From assembly GCA_963772725.1 (NCBI GenBank), contig CAVYYI010000003.1:480001-544000 (forward strand): a stretch of 64,000 bases of DNA, given 5' to 3'. The translations under genes were made by a program, and so were the position numbers. The notes under the pieces are model-generated. The model searched no databases. It saw only the letters and a program-made list of their open reading frames with translations, and was not told the origin of the DNA. This stretch comes from an uncultured Phycisphaerales bacterium. GTDB lineage: Bacteria > Planctomycetota > Phycisphaerae > Sedimentisphaerales > Anaerobacaceae. This document shows positions 51,496 through 61,386 of this stretch, in pieces. Positions within the stretch are counted from its first letter, which is position 1. Every line of letters starts with the position of its first letter.

Positions 51496-51537
51496 TATCC
51501 TTCAACTCTGCGGTGAAAAATGCGGGTTAATTGGGAT

Positions 51538-52279
51538 TTACCATTTTGCCTCAACATAAGGGCCTTCATAGCCCTGGGGTTTTTGTTTAGGCCTGGTCTT
51601 GATAATCGCTTCGGCGATGGCGATGTCGCTGGGGCGGGTGATTTTTATGTTCGATGAGTCCGTTTCAACTATCGAGACCTTATGGCCGAGTGCCTCGAAC
51701 GAGTTGGGAATCGTCGCTGACTTTGTTCTTGTCGAGAGTTTGCAGATTTTTATAAGCCTTTCTCAGCAACTCGGCGTCGAATATCTGCGGTGTCTGGGCC
51801 TCGTAAAGTCCGGCCCTATCGACTGTGCTGATTATTGTTCTGTCGTGAGCTTTTTTTATTGTCGCGACGACGGGACTTGCCAAAATGGCGGCTCCTGTTT
51901 TTTCGGCCTGCGCAAAGCACGCGTCAATCCATTCCTGGGTAACGCAGCACCTGGCGGCATCATGAACGGCGATAAGCTCAATATCGTTTTTGACAAGCTC
52001 AAGGGCCTTACTGACAGTATCGAACCGTTCCTGTCCGCCGAAACAGATTTTTACATTAAAGAACTTAAGGTTTGCCCCCCATTTAATGCTCACTAATTCC
52101 TCATCTTCGGGTGAAATGGCCGGCAGGAGCTGCTTGACGTCGCTTCGATTTGAAAAAAGCTCGATGCTGTAAAGAAAAGCGGGCCTGCCATCGACGTCCA
52201 CGAAAGGTTTTTTCTTTTTGCCGCCGAATCTGCTGCTTGCACCTGCCGCACAAATTATTACCGCTGCGCTTTTACTCAT
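51538..52279 (-). CDS. ispD: 2-C-methyl-D-erythritol 4-phosphate cytidylyltransferase (frame change near 51695)
   Basis: AAGASSRFG, VHDAAR, AQTPQ and SDDSQLV. Continuation has NIKITRPSDI. Confidence 0.93.
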
Positions 52280-52501
52280 AATAACTCCGGTTTAATCCTG
52301 ATATAAATGAAACTAATCATCGGTAAGTTTGAGTTAAAGTGTACTCACGGCGGCAGTAAAAGCAAGCCATTAATCACAAACTTATAATCCAGACGATTTA
52401 GTATATATCCATTTTACGCAATGAAAACTTGACTGAAAGGGCAAAAACCGGTAGTCTCTTTTAAAAACAAATAAGAGCGCGGCGATTCGCCGATTGTGAT
52501 T

Positions 52502-52980
52502 ATGCAAAAGCAGGACATTCCACGATTAGTTTTATTTGCCTTATTTTTCGCCATAGGAGTAACGACTATGAGTGCGGCGATTCTTTGCGACGAATTACTG
52601 AACTATTACAGAAACGCGGAGATTTTACAGGCGGCGGAAAACTCTAAAAGTCGTCTTGAATCCATCAATACGGATTACGACGCGCTGCTAAAACAAATGC
52701 ACAGCAACTCCGCCATCATCGAGCGTGTCGCATCAACGGAAATAGGTGTAAGGCCTGGTGATGCGAACGTCATATATCCCAAAGCAAGCGTCGAACATCT
52801 GGCGGCAGCCCAGAAAGCGGTCGCCGAAGATGCCAATAAACCTGTTTCTGCTCCGGTGCCAGACTGGCTTGTGAGATGTAATGCACTTATCGGCGTGTTA
52901 TGCTGTTTTTGGCTGGTGCGGGTTTAATTATCATTGCGTTCGTATGTTTTACGCCGACACAGAGCGTCGCCGAAAGGTAA
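52502..52980 (+). CDS. Hypothetical TM/coiled-coil protein, FtsB/FtsL-like segment (frame change near 52885)
   Basis: N-terminal TM, coiled coil and IIERVASTEIG. The continuation gives a second TM to TAA 52980. Confidence 0.55.
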
Positions 52981-52984
52981 AGCA

Positions 52985-53422
52985 TCATTCGAAGCGGAGC
53001 AGATTAACGCCGGTATCCTCATACGGTTTCCTGGCGGCGTTTATCCCGACTATCTCGATTATGGTAACTTCGAGAACCAGGAAAGTTTTTGCGCCGCCCC
53101 GCGGACAGCCAACCAATGTGAGGTCTCCTTTACCGATAGCGGTGTGAATATGCAGTTTAGGTCCGTCGCTGTCGCAGTAAATTGTGCCGACGCCGAACGT
53201 TTCGCCCGGCCCGGTAAAATCCTTGATGTTGCCCACGATTTTGGGCTTTTCCTGCTTTGGGCCGACAACAACCCTGGCCTGCCGGAAACCGCCGGTAATC
53301 AGAACAGCCGCCGATTTTATGTCTTCCTTGCTTGCGACAGTTTCGATGGATTCATAGAGGTCTTCGCCCTCGAAAAGCCGCACGCCTATCACCCTGCCCG
53401 CTTTGCCTACGGCGTATTCCAT
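52985..53422 (-). CDS. PPC/DUF296 domain protein
   Basis: RLFEGEDL, GVGTI...PKLHIHTAIG and LEVTI; AGGAG RBS. Confidence 0.85.
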   Translation of the reverse strand: MEYAVGKAGRVIGVRLFEGEDLYESIETVASKEDIKSAAVLITGGFRQARVVVGPKQEKPKIVGNIKDFTGPGETFGVGTIYCDSDGPKLHIHTAIGKGDLTLVGCPRGGAKTFLVLEVTIIEIVGINAARKPYEDTGVNLLRFE

Positions 53423-53449
53423 TTTCTTTTCTCCTTTATTGGCGCAAAT

Positions 53450-53496
53450 AAAAAAAGGGGGCTACAGACGACAGTGCATCGTCCATTGTCCCCCCC
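53450..53496 (-). terminator. Intrinsic terminator-like hairpin just upstream of the DUF296 gene
   Basis: Minus strand GGGGGG..GGACGAT-loop-GTCGTCT..CCCCC followed by T7. Confidence 0.6.
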
Positions 53497-53778
53497 AGAG
53501 AAGAGAAGAGAGAGTATAGCGTTTTTCAGTTATAACCTTTTATCTGCCCTTCAAGGCAGGTTCTTCTCACACAGAAAATATACATAATAAATCCCGCAAT
53601 GCAAAAAAAACAAAAAAAATTTGATAAACCCATAAGGCCACGCAATAACTCTTTTATTCGAAAGCACACGGCTTTACACCGCGGGTATAGGAATTTTCTT
53701 TTATGGTTGGCAAACGCCGCGGCGAACCCAAAACTGTTGACCCTGCTCCCTTCACGCTGTCCGCTTCTTTTTGCCAGC

Positions 53779-53940
53779 TTACATTACATGATGATACATA
53801 ATCTTGTTTTTTTGTTCTTTAGCTCTCTTCTCACGATGCACATGACAATAAAGTTCATGATTATATATGCTCAGAATACACTTGCAGTTCGGAAACATGC
53901 ATTTTCTACCTTCAGCCGACGTCTTTAACGCTTTTACCAT
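53779..53940 (-). CDS. 53-aa Cys/His microprotein, putative Zn-binding
   Basis: Below ORF-track cutoff. MVKALKTSAEGRKCMFPNCKCILSIYNHELYCHVHREKRAKEQKNKIMYHHVM; AAGGGG RBS; consensus promoter upstream. Confidence 0.7.
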   Translation of the reverse strand: MVKALKTSAEGRKCMFPNCKCILSIYNHELYCHVHREKRAKEQKNKIMYHHVM

Positions 53941-54062
53941 TGTTACCCCTTATAGATAGCTCACAAAACCAAAAAGCTGCAATGGTCTTTTATCTTCCTC
54001 TGCGGCCCAAAGATTTTATCTTTATATTTTGTTGCTCAAAACTAATAAATGTCAATTCCATA

Positions 54063-54090
54063 ATTATACTACATTATCGGCCTTTGTCAA
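54063..54090 (-). promoter_or_regulatory. Consensus sigma70 promoter
   Basis: Minus strand TTGACA, 16 bp, TATAAT. Confidence 0.75.
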
Positions 54091-54235
54091 ACAATTTCGC
54101 ATCTTTCGTTTTATCGCGGGGTTTTAACATTAAAAGTCATTTTTGGGTCTGTGATATATTTGCTTGATATGCCAAGTTAAAGTTTTTAGAATACACAGGA
54201 AATAGAATAATTTCTGTGCCATAGGAGGATTTTGA

Positions 54236-55152
54236 ATGGATAGAAGAAGTTTTCTGGCGGCTGGTGTAATGGCTGGTACAATCGCTGTTTCAGGCAAAAT
54301 AACAAGGGGGGAGACGACCGAAAAATCCTCAAACAAAGCCAAATTCAAGTTGAAGTATGCACGGGTCCAGGAATGTTCAAAAATCTCGCCAGTGCAAACG
54401 CGATTGACCAGTTGAAGTTTGCCGCCGACCAGGGGTTCACAGCTTTTTTCGATAACAGCATTATGAAAAAATCGGCCTCAGAGCAGGAGACGTTTGCAAA
54501 GGAAATGGCAAGGCTGAATATGACGCTCGGGCCTTTTGTTCTTTATGCGGATTCTAAGGTAGAGTCGTTTGTTATCCGCGATAAGGATATCCGCGAGATG
54601 CTCGTAAAGAAAATGAAAGAGGGCATAGAAACAGCCAAACGAGTTAACGCCAAGTGGGCGTTGGTTGTTCCGGGGCGTTACAATGAAAAATTAGATTGGA
54701 GTTATCAAACTGCCAATGTAATTGAGAATCTGAAATTTTGTATGGAGATTATCGAGCCTTCGGGATTGATTATTGTTCTTGAACCGCTCAATACTCTGAC
54801 GAATCATCCGGGCGTTTTCCTGACGAAGATTCCGCAGGCCTATCAGATATGCAAGGCGGTCAACAGCCCGTGCTGCAAAATTGTAAATGACCTATACCAT
54901 CAGCAGATTACGGAAGGCAACCTGATTCCGAATATTGATATGGCATGGGACCAGATTGCCGCGTTTCACGTGGGCGATAATCCGGGCAGAAAAGAGCCGA
55001 CCACCGGTGAAATAAATTACAGGAATATCTTTAAGCATATCTACGAAAAAAAGTATGACGGCGTGCTGTGTATGGAACACGGCAACAGTAAGCCGGGCAA
55101 AGAAGGCGAGCAGGCGGTGATAGATGCCTATCACTATTGTGATAATTTTTAG
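54236..55152 (+). CDS. Tat-exported hydroxypyruvate isomerase / xylose-isomerase-like TIM barrel (frame change near 54362)
   Basis: MDRRSFL Tat signal after GGAGG. LEPLN, DLYHQQITEGNL and DNPGRKEPTTGEINY. Confidence 0.88.
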
Positions 55153-55168
55153 AAAGGAATAGCAAATT

Positions 55169-55831
55169 ATGAGTATCAAAACAAAATTTAACGGTTTGCT
55201 TTTTGTCAGTATAGTTGTTTCTCTGCTGGCGGCAGGCGGATGTGCATCGCGGGAGAAGTGTTCGGCTGACAAAAAAACTAATTTATGGAACGGCAAAGAT
55301 TTGACCGGCTGGAAAATGGTCGTGGCGGACGCAAATGTTGATGTGAATAAGGTCTGGTCAGTACGCAACGGTGTTATTCGCTGCGAGGGAAAGCCCAGCG
55401 GGTATATACGCACGGAGAAGGATTATTCAAACTATAAACTTCATGTCGAATGGCGATGGGCGGAAAAGCCGACAAACAGCGGCGTATTACTTCATATGAG
55501 CGGTGAGGATAAAGTCTGGCCTAAAGCGATTGAACTTCAACTTATGTCCGGAAACGCTGGAGACGTTTATTTTATAGGCGACACCTCCGCAAAATCCGAT
55601 GTCCCGCAAAAAGGCAGAAAGATTCCTAAAAGAGAGAAAAGCAGCGAGAAACCCGCCGGACAATGGAATACCTATAATATCATTTGTAAAGGTAATACAA
55701 TAAAGGCGTATGTCAACAGCGTTCTACAGGCTGATATAACAGATACCTCGGTGGATTCAGGCAAAATATGCCTTCAAAGCGAGGGTTCTCCAATAGAATT
55801 CCGGAATATTTATATTGAGCGAGTAAAGTAA
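55169..55831 (+). CDS. DUF1080 family lipoprotein
   Basis: Lipobox AGGC; LWNGKDLTGW, LHVEWRW, NSGVL and LQSEGSPIEFRNI. Confidence 0.9.
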   Translation: MSIKTKFNGLLFVSIVVSLLAAGGCASREKCSADKKTNLWNGKDLTGWKMVVADANVDVNKVWSVRNGVIRCEGKPSGYIRTEKDYSNYKLHVEWRWAEKPTNSGVLLHMSGEDKVWPKAIELQLMSGNAGDVYFIGDTSAKSDVPQKGRKIPKREKSSEKPAGQWNTYNIICKGNTIKAYVNSVLQADITDTSVDSGKICLQSEGSPIEFRNIYIERVK

Positions 55832-55869
55832 CAAATTGTTCTGATATTTTTACAGAAGAGAGGTCAATT

Positions 55870-57172
55870 ATGAAAAATTACAATACAAGCAACGTTTCAA
55901 GGCGTGATTTTATGAAGGCATCAGCAGCGGTTTCGCTGGCGGCGCTGGCCACGGGCGGATCCCGGCTATTTGCCGCAGGCTCTGATAAACTTCGTATCGG
56001 TTTAATCGGATGCGGCGGTCGCGGCACAGGCGCAGTTATAAACTGCGTCGAATCATCCAATGGTATCGAAATTGCCGCTCTCGGCGACCTTTTCAAAGAC
56101 CAGGTTGATAAATCGCTTAATAAGATTCAGGAAGAATTACTTAAGAAAAATTTGCCCGCTGAAATATGCAAGGTTACGCCTGAAACCTGTTTTGCTGGAT
56201 TTGACGCATACAAAAAAGTAATAGGTTCTGATGTTGATATTGTCATTCTTGCGACACCGCCTGGTTTTCGGCCTATACATTATAAAGCTGCGGTTGAGGC
56301 AGGCAAACACGTATTTATGGAGAAACCTGTCGCGGTTGACCCTGTCGGGGTTCGCAGCATAATCACTTCATCTGAGCTGGCCGCACAGAAAAATCTGGCG
56401 GTTGTCTCCGGCACACAGTGCCGGCATCAGAATCATTACCTTGAAATTATGAAAAGAATCCATAAGGGCGATATAGGCCAGATTACAGGCGGGCAGTGCT
56501 ACTGGATGGGTGGGGCAATGTTGAACTGGGGTCCCAAGGCTGACCCGAAATGGTCGCAGATGGAGCTTCAGTGCCGCAGGTGGTACTTCTATGTCTGGAA
56601 TTGCGGCGACCACATTGTTGAGCAGCACGTTCATAATCTTGACGTGATGAACTGGGCGATTGAAGCGCATCCGGTACAGTGTCTCGGCATAGGCGGAAGG
56701 CAGATACGCACCGCACCAGAATACGGCAATATCTATGACCATTTCGCCGTTGAGTACGAATATCCCAATGGCGCACGCATTTTAAGTATGTGCCGTCACA
56801 CCGATGGCGCAACCAGCCAGGTATCCGAAAGAGTCGTCGGCACAAATGGCTCTTCATATACGAGCGGTTCTGTCGGCTCCATTGAGGGTAAAAATCCCTA
56901 TAAGTTTGAAGGCGAGGCGCCGAATCCTTATGTACAGGAACATGCTGATTTGATTAAAAGCATTCGCGACGGCAAACCTTTGAATGAAGGCAGACGGGTT
57001 GCGGAAAGTACACTGACGGCAATTATGGGGCGAATGAGCGCCTATACGGCGCGCTCTTAAGTGGGACTGGGTGATGAATGCCTCAAAACTTGACCTGACG
57101 CCGCCGAAATTTGAATTTGGCGATTTACCGGTCGAACCGATCGCTATTCCCGGCCAAACGCCGTTAATCTGA
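55870..57172 (+). CDS. Tat-exported Gfo/Idh/MocA oxidoreductase (frame change near 57050)
   Basis: SRRDFMK, IGLIGCGGRG, ATPPGFRP, FMEKP and EQHVHNLD. Tail in next frame to TGA 57172. Confidence 0.92.
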
Positions 57173-57184
57173 GATTTTTAACTC

Positions 57185-57350
57185 ATACCTATTGCATTTA
57201 AAAGATGCAGGCTTTGTCATTACGAGGCCTGCGGAGCCGCCGCGGCGGATGGCAATCTCAATCTAATGACTTAGAATTGCTTCGTTGCTGCGCTCCTCGC
57301 AATGACAGTCTTAACGGCTGAAAGGCGCATATATTCAATACAATTGGTAT
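57185..57350. repeat. Palindromic REP/RPE-like element with imperfect outer inverted repeats
   Basis: Inner TGTCATTACGAGG ... CCTCGCAATGACA. Outer ATACCTATTGCATTTAAAAGATGC versus GCATATATTCAATACAATTGGTAT. Confidence 0.7.
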
Positions 57351-57415
57351 CACATATTTCACCGCGGAGTTCGTCGAGGCAGTAGAACCAACTCAAAATT
57401 CAAAAGGTATGTATT

Positions 57416-58096
57416 TTATTTTTCCAGCAGCTTTAACTTAAATAACAAACCCGCCGCAATCCCCGCAATACCTGGTACCACAAGAAATAACCAAAGCTGA
57501 GAAATCGCCTTGCCGCCAACAAACAATGCCGGACCAAGACTTCTCGCAGGATTCACAGATACTCCCGTTATATTTATTCCAAAAATATGTATCACAACCA
57601 GTGTTATGCCTATTGCGAGTCCAGCAAATTGTGTCGGTGCTTTTTCCTGTGTAGAGCCTAATATCACAATAATAAAAAGCAGAGTCGCGACAAATTCAAA
57701 TGTTATCGCAGATACCAGGTTGTATTCTCCCAGATACCCTGTCCCCCATCCGTTCTGCCCAAGACCATGGGCGGAAATATCATAACCCTGGATTGCTCCA
57801 GTGACTATCACCGATAGAACCAGAGCTGCCACTATTGCACCTGCACATTGTCCGATGATATAACCTGCCAAATCCCTGGCGTTCATCCTGCCGGCCGTAA
57901 ACACCCCCAGACTTACCGCGGGATTTATATGACATCCTGATATCGGCCCTATCCCGTATGCCATCGCGATTAGAGCAAATCCAAACGAAAATGCTATCCC
58001 CAAAAATCCTACCTTGCCGCCGGCAACAACCGCGGTGCCGCACCCGAACAAAACTAATGTAAAAGTTCCTATGAATTCCGCTAAATACTTTTTCAT
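57416..58096 (-). CDS. aqpZ: Aquaporin Z (MIP family)
   Basis: SGCHINPAVS and SVNPARS NPA boxes; GLGQNGWG loop. Confidence 0.92.
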   Translation of the reverse strand: MKKYLAEFIGTFTLVLFGCGTAVVAGGKVGFLGIAFSFGFALIAMAYGIGPISGCHINPAVSLGVFTAGRMNARDLAGYIIGQCAGAIVAALVLSVIVTGAIQGYDISAHGLGQNGWGTGYLGEYNLVSAITFEFVATLLFIIVILGSTQEKAPTQFAGLAIGITLVVIHIFGINITGVSVNPARSLGPALFVGGKAISQLWLFLVVPGIAGIAAGLLFKLKLLEK

Positions 58097-58164
58097 ATTT
58101 CAGCTCCCTTCAAAAATTTTATTTCGCTCTGAAATTAGTATCAACTAATTCTATCTCGTCCAAC

Positions 58165-58581
58165 TCACTTCGACTTCAGAATATCTCGGATTTCCGTGAG
58201 AACTCTCTCTTCAGCAGATGGAGGAGGAGGCGCTTCCGGTGCGGTCACTTCTTTCTTCTTCGCAAAGTTCATAGCCTTTATAACCATAAATATCGCGAAA
58301 GCAACTATAAGAAAATCGATGACGATATTTGCGAAATTCCCATAATTTATCGTTACGGCCGGTATCGCTTTGCCAGCAGCATCTATTGAAGCCTGTTTAA
58401 GAACCAGCTTTAAATCAGCAAAATCCATACCCCCTATAAGCATCCCGACAGGCGGCATAATAATATCGTTTACAATCGAGGCTACAATCTTGCCGAACGC
58501 CCCGCCGATAATAATGCCCACGGCCATATCCACAACATTCCCCCGCATCGCAAACGCTTTAAATTCTTTTAAAATTTGCAT
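58165..58581 (-). CDS. mscL: Large-conductance mechanosensitive channel
   Basis: [28 protein letters not shown] and LTEIRDIL. Confidence 0.97.
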   Translation of the reverse strand: MQILKEFKAFAMRGNVVDMAVGIIIGGAFGKIVASIVNDIIMPPVGMLIGGMDFADLKLVLKQASIDAAGKAIPAVTINYGNFANIVIDFLIVAFAIFMVIKAMNFAKKKEVTAPEAPPPPSAEERVLTEIRDILKSK

Positions 58582-58626
58582 GATAGTGTCCCCTTAAAAT
58601 GTTTGTTTTCTGGCACAAAAAAATTA

Positions 58627-58661
58627 AAGGCACCACGGCGCTAATAACACCGTGGTGCCTT
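58627..58661 (-). terminator. Intrinsic terminator after the OmcB-like gene
   Basis: 12-bp perfect stem AAGGCACCACGG/CCGTGGTGCCTT with a T-rich tail on the minus strand. Confidence 0.8.
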
Positions 58662-58676
58662 ATTCATATTGCCGTA

Positions 58677-60296
58677 CTATTCATACAGATGCGTAGCTTC
58701 AGTTTCCTGAACCGGTCTTGTCAACTGTTCGCTGGTCATTACTGTTGTAAACCTGACATCCCCAGCTTTCAAAGCTTTCACTGTAACACGCCACGTCGCC
58801 TGTGCCTTTGGCGCAAGACTCGGCAACGGTTCAAATGTTACAGTATTACCCGTAACGGAACCTCTGGTTGCTCCGGATGACGAGACATATTGTTCGGCAT
58901 CTTCAAGCGTGCAGACTATCTTAATGTTGGTATCGGCCGCAGAACCCTGATTGGTAGCTGTAATCACATAGGTCTCATTACTGCCTACCTCAATCGGGTC
59001 CTCAATATCAACAACCTCAAGAAGAATTGCCGCAATTCCAGATATGGTTGTCTTTGCGGAAACACTTACCGCCTCAGCGCATTCTGCTGTTGCTTTTGCG
59101 GTATTGCTTACCGTGCCCGCCGCTCTTGGAGTATATGATACACTTACGGCCTTGGAAGCGCCGGCTGCCAGGGTACCTACATTCCATACCACACCCGAAG
59201 CGCTGACTGTTCCGCCGTCACTTGCCTTAACTCCGGCTACTCCGGCAGGAATTGTATCCGTCAGAACTGTACGTTCTGCGGCTGCATCACCTTTATTGGA
59301 AACTTGAATCTGATAACCTACAGCCCTGCCAAGATACTGCTGGTCAGGCCCTTTTTTGCTGATTGCCAGTACCGGCTGACGAACCTCTGTTGTGGTTGAC
59401 GCCTCAGCTTTAAGGCCTGTTGATGAACTTGCAACAGCTTTATTATCATACTTGCCGGTTTTTTCTGCCCTAAGCGTGGCAGAAATTTCCTTCGACTGAC
59501 CCGCAGCCAAAGTACCGACATTAATCACAATGGAACTCTTGCCGTCAACTGTTTTAAGACCGGCGGGAAGCTTATCCTCAATCTTAATGTCACCGGCAGA
59601 ACCTGTGCCTGAATTGGTTACAACAAATTTCACCGGAATCGGGTCACAAAGCAAAACGCTCGCAGGGGCAGTCTTGACCAGTTTCAGCGCAGGCTGCACA
59701 ACTTTAACGCTTGAACATGTCGGAACTGTATATGTGACCGTAGTGCAATTTTTAATACAACCAGTGCTTGTGGCCATGCCTGAAACTGTAATGGCTTTTG
59801 TTTCACCAGCCTCAAGTGTCCCAATCACAAATATCAGTTTTTTCTCGATTGCTTTAGCTTTTGGATTTGTATCTGCCGCCTTGAAATTGTCTGCCAGAGT
59901 TTCTGTTACCACAACATCGTCAAGCATATAGCCTGTTGGGTTTATGACTTTAATCATGTAATCAAATTTAGTGTTCATTGCCACTTCTGCCGGCATATCC
60001 CTTTCAAGTTTGGCTATCGTGCATGCTTCACAGGGATAAGACCCTGTAGCTGAGCAAGCGCCGCATTCGCTCTTAGCCGCCGGTCGCAGCTTTGCAGCAA
60101 CTGGGGCCGGCTTCGCAGGCGCAGCCTTGGCTATCGGCTTGCATTCTTTATCCCAGAAGAACTTATCCGCTGGATAATTTTCTCTTGGTCCCTTACCCCA
60201 GCAGTGATTCCATGTTTGACAACTGTAACAGCCGGCAAGTTCCAATGTACCCGCCAGAAATGCTGTCAAAAACAAGATGTTCAGTATCTTTCTCAT
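58677..60296 (-). CDS. OmcB-like cysteine-rich DUF11-repeat lipoprotein
   Basis: Lipobox LAGC; Cys-rich N-terminus; tandem DUF11-like units. Ending LLEVVDIEDPIEVG...ETEATHLY resembles chlamydial OmcB. Confidence 0.85.
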   Translation of the reverse strand: MRKILNILFLTAFLAGTLELAGCYSCQTWNHCWGKGPRENYPADKFFWDKECKPIAKAAPAKPAPVAAKLRPAAKSECGACSATGSYPCEACTIAKLERDMPAEVAMNTKFDYMIKVINPTGYMLDDVVVTETLADNFKAADTNPKAKAIEKKLIFVIGTLEAGETKAITVSGMATSTGCIKNCTTVTYTVPTCSSVKVVQPALKLVKTAPASVLLCDPIPVKFVVTNSGTGSAGDIKIEDKLPAGLKTVDGKSSIVINVGTLAAGQSKEISATLRAEKTGKYDNKAVASSSTGLKAEASTTTEVRQPVLAISKKGPDQQYLGRAVGYQIQVSNKGDAAAERTVLTDTIPAGVAGVKASDGGTVSASGVVWNVGTLAAGASKAVSVSYTPRAAGTVSNTAKATAECAEAVSVSAKTTISGIAAILLEVVDIEDPIEVGSNETYVITATNQGSAADTNIKIVCTLEDAEQYVSSSGATRGSVTGNTVTFEPLPSLAPKAQATWRVTVKALKAGDVRFTTVMTSEQLTRPVQETEATHLYE

Positions 60297-60773
60297 AATT
60301 TTATTCCCTTCTAAAAAATTGTAAAAAATGTTTCCAACAATTTTACAGCTATTCTTGCACTAAAATGACATTAAGGGCCTAAGGCAAACTGTTTTTGGTG
60401 ACATATTATCTCATTTGCGACTAAAAAGGACAGGTTTCCCCAGCTAAGATTTCCAGAGTTCATATTACATAACTCCTTATTTAAATCCCACGCATGTCCT
60501 ATAAAGTAAGACCGTAGAACTGTAAAGTCAAGTCTTTTTAATAAAAAAATTTAGTAAAAACCACAATTGGGAAAAACTACAATTTTTGAGTTAGAATGTC
60601 ACTTCCCTCCGAAATGTTTTTTGCCTGCGGGGGCAATAATAAAAAAGAGTAAGCCGGCGGGTAAACCGCAGAGCATTCGGGCGAGAACGGCATAACAGGG
60701 TTTGAAGCGAAATTGTTGAGGCCGATTACACGCGACAATCGAATAGACCCCCGGTGTCATGTCCCGTGAAAAA

Positions 60774-61193
60774 TTAATCGGTATGGAAGACCTCTTCCAT
60801 ACCGGCCCACCATTCGCCGGGTTTACACGTGGATATCGGCTTTTGCAGCGGGTCGGTATGTGTCCACCATTCTTTTGTAGTCGGGTCTTTGGCCATTTCG
60901 GCCATATCAGCCTTGAAGTCTTTGCCGACATACTCGAAATAACTGAACAGGTAATATTTGCCCGGTTCGAGTTCGCCAAGGTAAATTGAGTAGTTGCGTA
61001 TATTGCACTTTTTAATCATTTTTAAAACATCCGGCCATGCATTGGCGTGAAGTTTCTTGTATTCCTCGATGTTTTTCTTCTCGATGCCGATGACGCTGCC
61101 GTACCGTTGAACCTGCGGTTTAGAGCAGCCGCTAACCACTACCGCCGCACCAACCAGTAATGGCAGAAAAAACATTATGTTATTGCCCATCAT
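60774..61193 (-). CDS. L-rhamnose mutarotase family protein with lipoprotein-like signal
   Basis: EEYKKLHANAWPDV, IRNYSIY, LFSYFEY and MEEVFH; N-terminal VVSGC. Confidence 0.88.
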   Translation of the reverse strand: MMGNNIMFFLPLLVGAAVVVSGCSKPQVQRYGSVIGIEKKNIEEYKKLHANAWPDVLKMIKKCNIRNYSIYLGELEPGKYYLFSYFEYVGKDFKADMAEMAKDPTTKEWWTHTDPLQKPISTCKPGEWWAGMEEVFHTD

Positions 61194-61386
61194 AAGAAAT
61201 CCTTTCTATTAAGATAATAAAACCGTGTGGGTATATCATATCTTATCTTGGGAAGTGGTCAATAGCGCCATCTTTTTTTTAATATCTGGCGGGAAAATTA
61301 TCTTGCATCAAAGATGCCAGGTTAGTAAATTATCCGAAATTGGAAAATTTTTAATCAGATTGTTCACCCTTTTTAAGGAGCGACTG

